From an uncultured Chloroflexia bacterium (GTDB taxonomy: Bacteria > Chloroflexota > Chloroflexia > Thermomicrobiales > UBA6265), in assembly GCA_963724295.1 (NCBI GenBank), contig CAVRUC010000002.1:160001-224000 (forward strand): a stretch of DNA of 64,000 nucleotides. The letters are read 5' to 3'. Below are positions 9,668 through 19,630 of the stretch, one piece after another (position 1 is the stretch's first letter; every line of letters starts with the position of its first letter). The position numbers and the translations under genes are program-made. Below the pieces are notes generated by a model, which was given only the letters and a program-made list of their open reading frames with translations, did not search any database and was not told the DNA's origin.

Positions 9668-12600
9668 TCACGTGACGGCAGAAATGTGGCGTGCTTCCGT
9701 TGACACTGTGCCGGCCAGTGCTAAGGCCTCGTCGCGCGCTTGCTCGAGGCTGATCGTCCTCCCTTCGGCTAGCGCCGCCGCAGCGCCGGTGCCCGCCGCT
9801 CGCGTCGCCTGGTCAAGGGCTGGGGCAACACGTTGTTCATCACTTTCAAGCCGTGAAGGAAGATGCAGCAGCTCGCGCGCTGCCGCGGTCGCCCCAAAAA
9901 ACCGCAGAGCTGACACGGTATCTCCCTTTGCAGCGGCAGCCACTGCTAGCCACTCAATTGCCTCCAGGACGCCTTCCGGATCTCCAACTGCATCAAAGCG
10001 GCGGAGTGCTTCCCCGTACAGCGCGATCGCACCATCGACATTGCCCGCGTCCAGGACGAGGTGCCCACTATTGTTCGCGATCACGGCCAGCGCGAACTGG
10101 TCACCCAATTCGGTGTGAAGGTCTCGGCTGGTGGCAAGAAAGCGTTCTGCCTGTTGAACGTTCCCCGCGAGACGATGCGTGATGCCTATCTGAGAGGCGA
10201 CCCGTGCCGTCCAGGTGGTATCGCCGAGGGCACTCCCAAGCGCCATCGACTCTTCGAACACCTCCTGCGCACGCTCGTACTGGCCCTGTTCACGAGCAAT
10301 CATGCCCAGAACGCGTAGTGCGGTCGCGGTGCCCCACTGATCTCCGCTCCGGCGTGAGATCTTCAAAGCTTTCTCGCCCAGTCTGTTCGCCTTGTCGTAA
10401 GATTTCCGGTTGACTTCAATCATGGCCAGCACACTAAGCACCTCTGCCTCGCCCATTGCATCGTTGAGCTGCCGGCGCGCCTTGAGGCTCTGCTGGAGGT
10501 ACACCTCGGCCCTCTCGTAGTCACTCAGGTCAAGCGAGAGCTTGCCCAACGCGAACTCGGCAGCGGCACGATCGCGTGCGTCGACTGGTCCATCGATTGT
10601 CAAAGCACGCTCGAGCCACCCGCACGTTTCGTGGCCGTGACCTCGTATCCACCAGCATTCCCAAAGCCGCAATGCCAGCCCGAGCGCGCTGCTGCTATCA
10701 CCTCGATCCAGGGTGCGGCCCATGGCCGCACGAAGGTTGTCGTGCTCTGCCTCGAGCCGCTGCAGCCACTGCACCTGCTCTGAGCCGTGCATTCCGCTCT
10801 GAGCCTGTGCTGCCAAGTTCAGGAGGAACGCCTCAAAGGCGTGCTGGACCTGCTCTGCTTCTCCACTAGCAATGAGTTGCCCATCGGCGAACTCCCGGAT
10901 GGTCTCCAGCAGCGTGAAGCGCGACTCCTCCTGTGCGTTGGCGACCTGCAGGAGGCTGGCGTCGACGAGCGTCTCGATCCCCGCCTCGATATTGAGGGAC
11001 ATGTCCCCGCCAACGTTGCCCACCGCCTCGGCGGCCTCGAAGTTGCAGCCACCAGCAAAGACGCTCAGTCGCCGGAAGAGGGTTTGCTCCTCCGGGCTCA
11101 GGAGATCGACGCTCCAGGCGATGGTGTTGCGCAGCGTCTGCTGCCGCGTCGGCGCATCCCGCGCACCGCCGATGAGCATCGGCAGCCGCCGGTCTAGCCG
11201 GGCGAGCAACGTGCTGGGAGGCAGCAGTCGGATCCTCGCCGCCGCCAACTCGATGGCCAGCGGCAACCCATCCAGCCGCTGACAGATGCTATTGATATCG
11301 GCTGCCGTTCTCTCGTTGAGCTCGAAGCCGGGTCGGACGGCTTGAGCTCGCTGCACGAACAGCTGCACCGCCTCCGACTGCAGGGCCGCCTCCTCCGGCG
11401 TGGTTCCCTGCTGGGCAGCCGGGAGCGCCAGCGGCGGGACCACAACCACGTGCTCGCCTCGCAGGTGCAACGGGCTGCGGCTGGTAATGAGCATGCTGAG
11501 ACTCGGGCAGGCCGTTAGCAGCTCAATCACGAGCGGCGTGGCCGCCAGTACCTGCTCGAAACTGTCCAGCACCAGCAGGAGCCGACGCTCCTCCAGCTCA
11601 CGGCGCAGGAGCGCCATCAACGGTTGGCCCGAGATCTCTTTGAGCCCGAGGGCCAGAGCAATACGCGTCTCGACCAATGTGGGCTCGGCGAGGGGGGCCA
11701 GGTCGACCATGTAGACGCCGTCGGGAAATTTCGCCTCCAGGCTCTCGGCGACGGCGAAGGCCAACCGCGTCTTGCCCACCCCACCCGGTCCGATCAGGGT
11801 CAGCAAGCGCACGTCCGGGCGCAGGAGGAGCTCGCGGATCTGAGCCAGTTCGGCCGTGCGGCCGACCAGTGGGTTTGGTGGAACCGGCAGCCGGCCCGGG
11901 CGGGATGTGGACACACCCAGTGGGGGGAAGTCGTCCGCGAGGCCGGGGGCCATCAATTGGAAGATGTGCTCGTCACTCTCATCGGGATAGCGATGGGTGC
12001 CCAGGTTACGGAGCGCCATGTCCTCCGGCAGCCGCATCTCCGGCGACCTCGCCTCCTCAGACTCGGACGGCAGGTCGTCCAGCATCGCGGCCACGACCGC
12101 CGAGACGAGCACCTGCCCCGGATGACCCGAAGCCAGGAGGCGTCCCACATACGTGAGGGCCGGGGAGCGGGTCGCGTCCTGCGCATCCGGGGGCACTATC
12201 CCGGCATGGAGCGCCATGCGAACCGGCAGCGGTTCCGGGAAACCCACCTTCTCCCAGGCCTCGCGCTGCAATGCCTGCTGCGCGCCCAGGGCAGCCGCGA
12301 CGGCGGCTGGCGCAGTCGGGAAGCAGAACCACAGCGCCGTGCCGCGGGCCATCATGACGGTTCCACCGTGGGCGGTAGCCGCGGTGCGCACCAGCGTCTC
12401 GTAGCGGGCGGAGGCAGCGGGCAGGGCGTCGCCGTGCTCGCGCCAGAGGCGGCGCGCGTCGCCGAGATCGGTCATCAGGACCGTGACGGCGCCGCTGGGA
12501 TGGTCCGCTATGGCCGTCTCTGTCTCAGGCACCACGATGAGCACCGAGGGTGATGATCCCGACACGTCGAGGTGGAGTAGCGCCGGGCGTGCCGCGGCAA

Positions 12601-12811
12601 TCAACGCCTGCCGGTCGGCGTCGCTGAGCTCGAGCGCATCTGCCAGCATGCGGACAGTTTCCGGCCGGGGGGCAAGACGAGCGCCGCGCTCCAGGTCGCT
12701 AATGCCGCGCTTACTGAGTCCAGCTCGCTCGGCGAGGTCCTCCTGGGACAGCGAGGCCGCGCTGCGCAACCGGCGCAGCAGTGAGCTGAACGACATCCTG
12801 GTCTCGGTCAT
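9668..12811 (-). CDS. XRE HTH + degenerate class III cyclase-like domain + NB-ARC ATPase + TPR regulator
   Basis: [32 protein letters not shown] (XRE); VTVLMTDL...VRMALHAG (cyclase fold); [25 protein letters not shown]-like C-terminus. Confidence 0.92.
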   Translation of the reverse strand: MTETRMSFSSLLRRLRSAASLSQEDLAERAGLSKRGISDLERGARLAPRPETVRMLADALELSDADRQALIAAARPALLHLDVSGSSPSVLIVVPETETAIADHPSGAVTVLMTDLGDARRLWREHGDALPAASARYETLVRTAATAHGGTVMMARGTALWFCFPTAPAAVAAALGAQQALQREAWEKVGFPEPLPVRMALHAGIVPPDAQDATRSPALTYVGRLLASGHPGQVLVSAVVAAMLDDLPSESEEARSPEMRLPEDMALRNLGTHRYPDESDEHIFQLMAPGLADDFPPLGVSTSRPGRLPVPPNPLVGRTAELAQIRELLLRPDVRLLTLIGPGGVGKTRLAFAVAESLEAKFPDGVYMVDLAPLAEPTLVETRIALALGLKEISGQPLMALLRRELEERRLLLVLDSFEQVLAATPLVIELLTACPSLSMLITSRSPLHLRGEHVVVVPPLALPAAQQGTTPEEAALQSEAVQLFVQRAQAVRPGFELNERTAADINSICQRLDGLPLAIELAAARIRLLPPSTLLARLDRRLPMLIGGARDAPTRQQTLRNTIAWSVDLLSPEEQTLFRRLSVFAGGCNFEAAEAVGNVGGDMSLNIEAGIETLVDASLLQVANAQEESRFTLLETIREFADGQLIASGEAEQVQHAFEAFLLNLAAQAQSGMHGSEQVQWLQRLEAEHDNLRAAMGRTLDRGDSSSALGLALRLWECWWIRGHGHETCGWLERALTIDGPVDARDRAAAEFALGKLSLDLSDYERAEVYLQQSLKARRQLNDAMGEAEVLSVLAMIEVNRKSYDKANRLGEKALKISRRSGDQWGTATALRVLGMIAREQGQYERAQEVFEESMALGSALGDTTWTARVASQIGITHRLAGNVQQAERFLATSRDLHTELGDQFALAVIANNSGHLVLDAGNVDGAIALYGEALRRFDAVGDPEGVLEAIEWLAVAAAAKGDTVSALRFFGATAAARELLHLPSRLESDEQRVAPALDQATRAAGTGAAAALAEGRTISLEQARDEALALAGTVSTEARHISAVT

Positions 12812-12907
12812 CGCCGCCCTTCCGGGTTCCACGTGGTGGCTGAGCAGGGGCGTGCTGTGATGTGCCTCACAAGCGTAGCAGACGGCATCAGCACGGTTGG
12901 GCCGGGT

Positions 12908-12975
12908 TGCGTCCGCGATGCGTCCGCGATGCGTGCCTGCTGCGTCTCGCCGCGTAGTCCGTTGAGACGGATGCT
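12908..12975 (+). promoter_or_regulatory. Four 11-bp-phased direct repeats (TGCGT) plus putative -10 GATGCT
   Basis: TGCGT at 12908, 12919, 12930 and 12941, in the spacer between the XRE-STAND gene and the divergent secreted protein. Confidence 0.6.
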
Positions 12976-13101
12976 GGGAGCGTGCCGGAAGGAGGCCGCC
13001 AGGTCACCCCGGCAGGGTCGATTGACCCGGGTTCGCATCGCCAAGGCGCTAGGCGACACGAGCCACCGTTGAAGCCTCGGACGTACAGAAGGGAACCTGC
13101 G

Positions 13102-13923
13102 ATGTCTACGATCCATCGGTCCCGAACAATCGTCTCCGCGTTCGCGGCCACGTTCATGGTCGCCCTATCGGCACCCATTGCCGTCCACGCCCAGGACCAG
13201 CTTCTTACGGAAGAGCAGGCCCTCGCTCCCGCCTCGATTCCTGGCCCATCCGTATCGGTCGAGGACAGCCGCGTCAGTGCCGCCCAGCACGCGCTGCTTT
13301 CCCCCGACCTGGGCAGCCTGCAGGAAGAGGCACTGATGGCGGTGGTGGCCGCTGCCATGAGCTGGGACGAGACGAGTGGATACCGTTCAGTGGAGGCGAG
13401 CCGCGCGGCAAACGCGCTCGCGATCATGCCGGCAACCAGCACGAACCAGGTTCCGAGCGATGTCCGCTGGGCGCCAGCACGCGTCATTTCGCCCGGGCCA
13501 TCGATCGAGGAGGCGCGCGTGCTCTCCGCCCAGCACGGGTTGCAGTCTCGCGACCTGGGCAGCATGCAGGAGGAGGCCCTGTTCGCCATCGTGGCCGCGG
13601 CTCCGTCGTGGGACGAGACGAGTGGCTATGGGGTGCTCGAGGCCAGTCGGGCCACGATTGGGCACCCGGCCTTCACCACAACCGAGACGAGCCGGCTGGC
13701 CATCGCTCAACAGGCGCTGCTCTCCGGTGACCTCGGCAGCATGCAGGAGGAGGCCTTGGCGGCCGTAGTGGCCACCAGCAGCACCAGGGATGACACGAAT
13801 GTCGATGAGGCATTGGCATCGACCCGCGCTGCGCTGCTGGCGCAGTTCCGCGCGGTGGAGTTGTCCTCGAGCCGCTATCTGGGAGCGGATCAGCACCTCT
13901 CGTCTGGTGCTGCCGCGAGCTAG
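13102..13923 (+). CDS. Secreted protein with three internal repeats (DLGS(L/M)QEEAL...SWDETSGY...EASRA)
   Basis: AAGGGA RBS, ATG 13102; Sec signal peptide ending AVHA-Q; repeats visible in both DNA and protein. Confidence 0.85.
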   Translation: MSTIHRSRTIVSAFAATFMVALSAPIAVHAQDQLLTEEQALAPASIPGPSVSVEDSRVSAAQHALLSPDLGSLQEEALMAVVAAAMSWDETSGYRSVEASRAANALAIMPATSTNQVPSDVRWAPARVISPGPSIEEARVLSAQHGLQSRDLGSMQEEALFAIVAAAPSWDETSGYGVLEASRATIGHPAFTTTETSRLAIAQQALLSGDLGSMQEEALAAVVATSSTRDDTNVDEALASTRAALLAQFRAVELSSSRYLGADQHLSSGAAAS

Positions 13924-13950
13924 GTCGACTGCAGACAGCTTATCCGTCAA

Positions 13951-13985
13951 CCCAGGTGGGCCACGAGCGCCGTGGCCCACTTGGG
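13951..13985 (+). other. Strong intercistronic hairpin
   Basis: CCCAGGTGGGCCACG-agcgc-CGTGGCCCACTTGGG; no U-tract. Confidence 0.55.
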
Positions 13986-14049
13986 GCTGGCTATTCGTCG
14001 CCCGATGACCCGCGCAGAGTTGACCGGGCACCGACAGAGGAGACACCTC

Positions 14050-14298
14050 ATGCTTCCCCATCCCGAAACCGTCCGCAAGATCAACGCCCTCCGCAACCAG
14101 GAGCGGCTTCAGGACGTAACACGGCAGCGACGCGCGACCGACCCTGGCGCTGGTGCGCCCTCACGGACTCCTACTGTATCGACAGCTCGGCTGGCGCTGG
14201 CCGCATGGCTCACGGCGCTGGTGGCGCGCATGCACGTCGCGAAGCGGCGAAGGGAGCTACTCCCCGCGGCCAACAGTCCAGCGCGCCCAGCGAACTAA
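14050..14298 (+). CDS. Small basic helical hypothetical protein (82 aa)
   Basis: GAGGAG RBS before ATG 14050; LRNQERLQDVTRQRR...RLALAAWLTALVARM pattern loosely shared with other small ORFs. Confidence 0.7.
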   Translation: MLPHPETVRKINALRNQERLQDVTRQRRATDPGAGAPSRTPTVSTARLALAAWLTALVARMHVAKRRRELLPAANSPARPAN

Positions 14299-14440
14299 TG
14301 GGTTCTCCGGCGACTCGAGTCCACCGAGTCCAAGGAGGAGATGGAAAAGGTCCCCGGGTTGATAACGACGCCTGCAGTGATCTCGGGGAGCGCGTAGTCA
14401 ACCAGCTATAAGCGCATTCCCCAAGGGGAGTCGGCGTCGT

Positions 14441-16096
14441 CTATCCGCCCATCGCCGCAACCAGGAGATCGCGGCCGATCGGGAGCGCGACCTGACCGCC
14501 GCCCCCGCCCGCCTCCAGCACGATGGCCACGGCGTAGCGCGGTTCCTCCCCGGGTAGCCCGATGAAGCCGATGAACCAGGCGTGCGGGTCGCCGCTGCCG
14601 GTCTCGGCGGTGCCGGTCTTGCCGCCGATCGTGTAGCCGGGCGTGAAGGCCGTTCCCAGCGCGCCGTTCTCGACGGCATAGACCATCATCGCGGCGGTCT
14701 GATCGGCGGCCTCGGCGCCGGTCCCTCGTCGCCATCGCGATGGCCGCATCTCTCGCACCGTCTCCCCGTCCGGCTCGGCCAGACTCGCTACCAGGTGAGG
14801 CCGCATGATCTCGCCGTCATTGGCCAGGCCCGCGGCGACGAGCGCCATCTGTAGCGGCGTCGCCAGCAGCTCGCCCTGGCCGAACGCCGTCTCGGCCACC
14901 GCCACCGGATCGTCGAGGAACCCCGGTGTCACGCTGACCCGGCTCGCTTCGACCGGCAGATCGACCGGGACATCGCTCTCCCAGCCCCAGCCGCGCGCCG
15001 CCTCGGCAAGGGCGTCGCCGCCGAGCTGCAAGCCGACCTGGGCGAAGACGACGTTGAGCGACCAGGCAAGCGACTCGGTCAGGCTCCACAGCGTCTGCTG
15101 GTCGTTGGGACGGTTCTGCTCGACGAGGGTGTGACCGGCAATGGTCAGCTCGCCGGCATCCTCATAGATGGTGTCGGGCCGGGCCACGCCGGTGTCGATC
15201 GCGGCCGCCGCGGTGATCGTCTTGAAGGTCGAGCCCGGTGGGTACAGCCCCGAGGTCGCGCGTTGCACGAGCGGGGAGCGCGGATCCGATGTTAGTGCGG
15301 CGAAGGCCGATTGCGCCGGTTGCCGATCTGCCTCGGTCACCACCACCAGCGCATTGGCGTCGAATGACGGCGAAGACGCCAGGGTCAGCACCGCGCCGGT
15401 CTCGATATCGAGTAGCACGGCCGCGCCCGTGCGCTCGCCGAGGGCCTCGTGCGCCCGCCGCTGCAGATCGGTATCGATGGTCAGGTGCAGGTCGATTCCC
15501 CTGCGGGGTAGGCCTCGCAACGATTCGAGCGCGCGAGTGAAGGGGTTACCCCCGCCGCGGCCGGCAAGCTCGTCGTCCCAGGATGCTTCCAGTCCGGAGG
15601 AGCCGTAGAGCAGCGGCGAGAAGTAGCCGGTGATTTCCGACGTCCCCTCGGGATAGACCCGCCGCGCGACGCCATCCGCGAGGACCGTGCGGGCCAGCAC
15701 AACCCCATCGCGGTCGTAGATGGCGCCGCGCCGGATCGTCAGCGCTTCGTCGACAAGGAGGGGATTGGAGATCACGTCGCCGGTCACGGGATCGATGCCC
15801 ACCCGGTGGGTGATGCTGTCGCTCATCACCACCTGGACGCGCAGGAGCTGGATCGCGCAGAGCGTCAGGATGCTGAGAAAGATCATCGTCATCCGTAGCG
15901 CCGAGCGGCCCAGGGGTGGGACTGTCGGCGGCACGTCAGGCCAGACCGCGACCAGGAGCGGGATCCAGCTCAGCCAGAGGATCGCGATCCACCGCGCGTC
16001 CGAAATCGTGTCCCGCGCCGCGAGTCCGTACCCAACGATGAGGAAAAAGAGGATCGCGGCGATGCGGCGGCGATTGATCGTCATGGTTTTCGGCAT
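14441..16096 (-). CDS. Class B penicillin-binding protein (PbpA/PBP2-like transpeptidase) with 3 N-terminal TM helices
   Basis: RRGAIYDRDG, R.YP, SxxK (GSTFK), SxN (WSLN), KTG (GKTGTA). Confidence 0.93.
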   Translation of the reverse strand: MPKTMTINRRRIAAILFFLIVGYGLAARDTISDARWIAILWLSWIPLLVAVWPDVPPTVPPLGRSALRMTMIFLSILTLCAIQLLRVQVVMSDSITHRVGIDPVTGDVISNPLLVDEALTIRRGAIYDRDGVVLARTVLADGVARRVYPEGTSEITGYFSPLLYGSSGLEASWDDELAGRGGGNPFTRALESLRGLPRRGIDLHLTIDTDLQRRAHEALGERTGAAVLLDIETGAVLTLASSPSFDANALVVVTEADRQPAQSAFAALTSDPRSPLVQRATSGLYPPGSTFKTITAAAAIDTGVARPDTIYEDAGELTIAGHTLVEQNRPNDQQTLWSLTESLAWSLNVVFAQVGLQLGGDALAEAARGWGWESDVPVDLPVEASRVSVTPGFLDDPVAVAETAFGQGELLATPLQMALVAAGLANDGEIMRPHLVASLAEPDGETVREMRPSRWRRGTGAEAADQTAAMMVYAVENGALGTAFTPGYTIGGKTGTAETGSGDPHAWFIGFIGLPGEEPRYAVAIVLEAGGGGGQVALPIGRDLLVAAMGG

Positions 16097-16253
16097 ACCA
16101 GATGAGACCTTACCACCGACGCGCCGTCGCTTATTGCGCAGGGATCTCCGTTAGTCGAACTGAGCGACCCCTGCGCTCCGACGGTGGAACTCATCGACCA
16201 GGTTCTCGGTATTGTGATTGGTGGGTTGTCGTATCGTGGACAGGTAAGACGCA

Positions 16254-16600
16254 ATGGAGCGACCTGTCATCGGTGGCTGGTTCTGCGGCGTCGCGGGGCT
16301 CATTGTTAGCCTCGCGCTCTCCGCGGCGATTGTGGACGGTCGAGACTGGGTAACGCCGGCTCCCGGAGTGGTCGCGACTCCCGCGACTGCCATGTCGTGT
16401 CCAGTGACCGTCCCCAACGAGAGCACGCCTCCGGGCGAGGAACGCTCGCCCTACTACCACGGCAACGGCGTGTTGTGGACAGTGCTTTGGCCCAACGGCG
16501 ACATCCTCATCACCCAGAATCTGCTCGATCCCGATGGCGCGAGCCTCACGTTCGTCGAGCGCGTGGTGTGGTTGAACGTTTCGGGAACCCGTTTAAAAAC
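16254..16600 (+). pseudogene. Probable internally deleted gene for an exported protein
   Basis: Signal-like N-terminus and CPVTVPNESTPPGEERSPYYHGNGVLWTVLWPNG, then PDG joined directly to ASLTFV; the frame then runs without a stop into the antisense of the next gene. Confidence 0.45.
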
Positions 16601-16626
16601 GTGCTGCGGTGAACAGAGGTCTGCCG

Positions 16627-17553
16627 CTACGGCGCTGGCGACGCAACGGGCGTTGCCCACGTGCTCGGGTCGCGCACGGCGTCGACGACTTCGCGAATGG
16701 CATCGAGAACCACCTCGGGCCGTTCCCACTGGATGTTGTGTCCGCTTTCCTCAACGACGATCCAGCGCTGGCCCGGAACGAGATTGGCGAGATCCTTCTG
16801 CAGCGCTAACAGCACCGGGTCCACGCGCTCCGATGGCCAGTCCGGCATTGGGAGTGGTTCCGAGGGTTGTCCGGCGCTGAGCAACACAACCGGCACGGTC
16901 GGCAGCGGCAGCTCTGCCCGCGCTTGCCTGACCTGGGCGCTGGTTGCCGCAAAGTCGATGCCCTCACGGCTCTCGAACCACCCTTGCTCAACCAGCTCAC
17001 TCCACAACTCAGGGCCAAGGGCTTCCTCGAGATGCACGTCCTCATCTTCGTGGGTGGGATCGAGCAACACGAGTCCCGCCACCTCATCCGGGTAGGTGTG
17101 GGCAAAGAGCCGGTCATAGATGCCGCCGACTGATGCGGCGACAAGGATATAGGGTCCGGGCACACCGGCCGTCGTCAGCAGCGCATGCAGGTCATCCGCG
17201 GCATCTTGCCCCGTGCGGGGCTTCGGCGCACTGTCGCTGGCGCCAAGGTTGGCGCGATCGTAGGCGCAGACGCGCGTGATGGTCGCGACTTTGGGCATGA
17301 GCGACGACCAGACATCTACGGTGGAGTCGAGCCCGGCTTCCAGAATGACGGTCGGGCTGCCCTCGCCCATGCAGTTGAGGTAGAGGGAGCGACCACCAAT
17401 GTCCACGAGAGCGGCGAAGTCCCCGCTGGCGGCGTCGACCGCTTCCGGGGTGGAATCCTGGGCGAGGGTCGTTCTGACCAGACCGAACGGCAGCAGGGGC
17501 GAGGCGAGGAGTGTGAGACCGATAATGACTCGACGCAGGTGCGCCCACGGCAT
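16627..17553 (-). CDS. Secreted alpha/beta hydrolase
   Basis: Signal peptide; G.GSPTVILEAG, VCAYDRANLGASD, nucleophile elbow AASVGG, ESGHNIQWERP. Confidence 0.92.
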   Translation of the reverse strand: MPWAHLRRVIIGLTLLASPLLPFGLVRTTLAQDSTPEAVDAASGDFAALVDIGGRSLYLNCMGEGSPTVILEAGLDSTVDVWSSLMPKVATITRVCAYDRANLGASDSAPKPRTGQDAADDLHALLTTAGVPGPYILVAASVGGIYDRLFAHTYPDEVAGLVLLDPTHEDEDVHLEEALGPELWSELVEQGWFESREGIDFAATSAQVRQARAELPLPTVPVVLLSAGQPSEPLPMPDWPSERVDPVLLALQKDLANLVPGQRWIVVEESGHNIQWERPEVVLDAIREVVDAVRDPSTWATPVASPAP

Positions 17554-17794
17554 GGCATGCCTTCCTTTCTATGCACGCTCACCCCGGAGCCGATGCTCGG
17601 CGCCGCGGGCGGGCCGGGAGGGTACCACGCGAGCGGGCCGACGCTGACGCGTTCTCATGCGCAGGGGCCACCGAGGGGCAACTGCCAGCCGTAGGCAGCC
17701 GTAGGGTTGTGAAACCGGTTCGGGGAACCCCAGTGCCACGCCGCTGACCATCGTGCGCTGCCGAGGAACCACCGGCTGACGAAGGATATCTTCG

Positions 17795-18583
17795 TTAACT
17801 GATCGAGACACGAAACGAAATGGAGGCCAGCGGTGTCATGGCGGAGCCAACGATTGGATCGACGCGGGTCTGCCAGAGATGCGCCACGACTGCCGCGGCC
17901 TCGCGGAGGACGTAGGTGAGCTCCCCGCCACCACCGGTACGGATCGGACTCATCTCGGCGGGAGATCCCCACGCCTGCAGCCCGACGTCGCGCGCCATCA
18001 TCCGCGAGCGAAAGAGATGAAACCCGTCGCTGACGACGATCACCTCGTCGATCCCCAGCGGCTGCACGAGCGCCGCAATCCCCTGCATGCTCTCCCAGGT
18101 ATCGCTGGCCGCGTTCTCGGTCAGGATCGCCTCGGCCGGCACGCCCGCGTTCATCAGATAGGCCCATGCCGCCTCGGCCTCGGTGTACCCGTCGCCGGGC
18201 ATCTTGCCTCCCGTCACCACCAGCACCGGAGCATAGCCTGCTTGCCAGAGCTCGAGGGCTCGGTCGAGCCGCGCCTGGAAGACGGGTCCCGGCCAGCCGT
18301 TGTATTGCGCCGTGCCAAGCACGACGATCGCCTGGGCGGGACGCGCTTGATCGGTCCGCGCCTGACGGTAGATGGCGACGACGAGCACCAGCCCGGCGAT
18401 GACCAGCGCCGCGATGCAGAACCAGACCAGCGTCAGCCCCCAGCGCCACAGCTCTCCCCACGGGGAGCGACGGCGACGCAACGGGGACGGACGAGCGACC
18501 GGAGAATCCGCAACCGGCGCGGCAGCCGGAGCGACGGTCGTGCCCTCGCGTGAGGAGATCATGACGCGATGGTACCGCGTCAT
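17795..18583 (-). CDS. YdcF/ElyC (DUF218) family protein
   Basis: TM helix, AIVVLG, RLDRALEL, VTGGK..GD..TEAEA, E..ASDTWES, VVSDGFHLFRS. Confidence 0.92.
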   Translation of the reverse strand: MTRYHRVMISSREGTTVAPAAAPVADSPVARPSPLRRRRSPWGELWRWGLTLVWFCIAALVIAGLVLVVAIYRQARTDQARPAQAIVVLGTAQYNGWPGPVFQARLDRALELWQAGYAPVLVVTGGKMPGDGYTEAEAAWAYLMNAGVPAEAILTENAASDTWESMQGIAALVQPLGIDEVIVVSDGFHLFRSRMMARDVGLQAWGSPAEMSPIRTGGGGELTYVLREAAAVVAHLWQTRVDPIVGSAMTPLASISFRVSIS

Positions 18584-18584
18584 G

Positions 18585-18709
18585 GCTATCAGCTATCAGC
18601 AATCGGCTGTAAGCCCTATTACGGCTCACGACTTACGATTCACGACCCACGACCCACCACCTACCGACTTACCGACTCACCGACTTACCGACTTACCGAC
18701 TGGCCGACT
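18585..18709. repeat. Intergenic short tandem repeats (7-mers GCTATCA/CACGACC; 8-mer TTACCGAC)
   Basis: Directly visible arrays; same units recur at 19510, 26168, 34991, 35112, 36468 and 40693. Confidence 0.85.
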
Positions 18710-18720
18710 ATGATGCCCCC

Positions 18721-19506
18721 ATGGACGACTCCGTGCGGGACTTCTACGACGAATTGGCCGAGAGCCACCATCTCATCTTTGCCGATTGGCAGGGGTCGAT
18801 GCGACAGCAGGCCGCGGCGCTCGATCGGCTGATTCAGGTGCAGCTCGGACCGGGGCCGCACGCCATTCTCGACTGCGCCTGCGGTATCGGCACCCAGGCG
18901 ATCGGTCTCGCGCTCCTCGGCCACACGGTCCACGCCACCGATCTCAGCCCCAACGCGGTGGCTCGTGCCGAGCGCGAGGCCGCGACCCGCGACGCTTCGC
19001 TAACGTTCGGCGTGGCCGACATGCGCGAGCTTGGCTCACAGGTCGACGGACAGTTCGACGTCGTCCTCGCCTGCGACAACGCGCTGCCGCACCTGCTCGA
19101 GGACGATGACCTGCGTCTCGCTATCGACAACATGTTCGGCAAGCTTCGTCCGGGCGGGCTCTTTCTGGCCAGCATCCGCGACTACGACCGGCTCGTGCAG
19201 GAGCGACCCCGCGGCGAAGGGCCGCGTGTCGTCGACGACATTCATGGTCGCCACATCGCTTTTCAGGTCTGGGATTGGACTGACGACGGGTCGTCCTACC
19301 GGTTGCATCAGTTTCTCCTGAGACAGGATGGCGCTGCCTGGCACACCGAGCACTTCAGCGTCATCTACCGCGCGCTGCGACCTCCCGATCTGGTCGCAGC
19401 GCTACGACATGCGGGGTTCGCCCTGGCCACCATCCACTGGCACGAGCCCGAAGAGAGCGGCTTCTTCCAGCCGATTGTCACCGCGGTCAAGCCAGGTGAT
19501 GACTGA
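18721..19506 (+). CDS. Class I SAM-dependent methyltransferase (glycine/sarcosine N-methyltransferase-like)
   Basis: ILDCACGIGTQ, TDLS, ADMR, FDVVLACDNALPHL, LRPGGLF. Confidence 0.9.
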   Translation: MDDSVRDFYDELAESHHLIFADWQGSMRQQAAALDRLIQVQLGPGPHAILDCACGIGTQAIGLALLGHTVHATDLSPNAVARAEREAATRDASLTFGVADMRELGSQVDGQFDVVLACDNALPHLLEDDDLRLAIDNMFGKLRPGGLFLASIRDYDRLVQERPRGEGPRVVDDIHGRHIAFQVWDWTDDGSSYRLHQFLLRQDGAAWHTEHFSVIYRALRPPDLVAALRHAGFALATIHWHEPEESGFFQPIVTAVKPGDD

Positions 19507-19509
19507 CGG

Positions 19510-19580
19510 GCTATCAGCCAGCGGCTAGCGGCTATCCGTCTCTTTTCGTCCTTACCGACTGACCGACTTACCGACTCACC
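19510..19580. repeat. Intergenic GCTATCA / TTACCGAC repeat array
   Basis: cttaccgactgaccgacttaccgactcacc. Confidence 0.8.
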
Positions 19581-19630
19581 CCGGTACAATGCCCCGGTGA
19601 TCATCTCGGAAGCTAGAGAAGGGACGGGGC

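Noticed and set aside
14341..14397. 18-codon ORF after AAGGAGGAG
   Set aside because: RBS-to-ATG spacing is too short and the peptide is featureless; cannot be supported without Ribo-seq.
18585..18709. Repeat arrays as CRISPR
   Set aside because: Units are 7-8 bp and contiguous, with no unique spacers and no cas genes.
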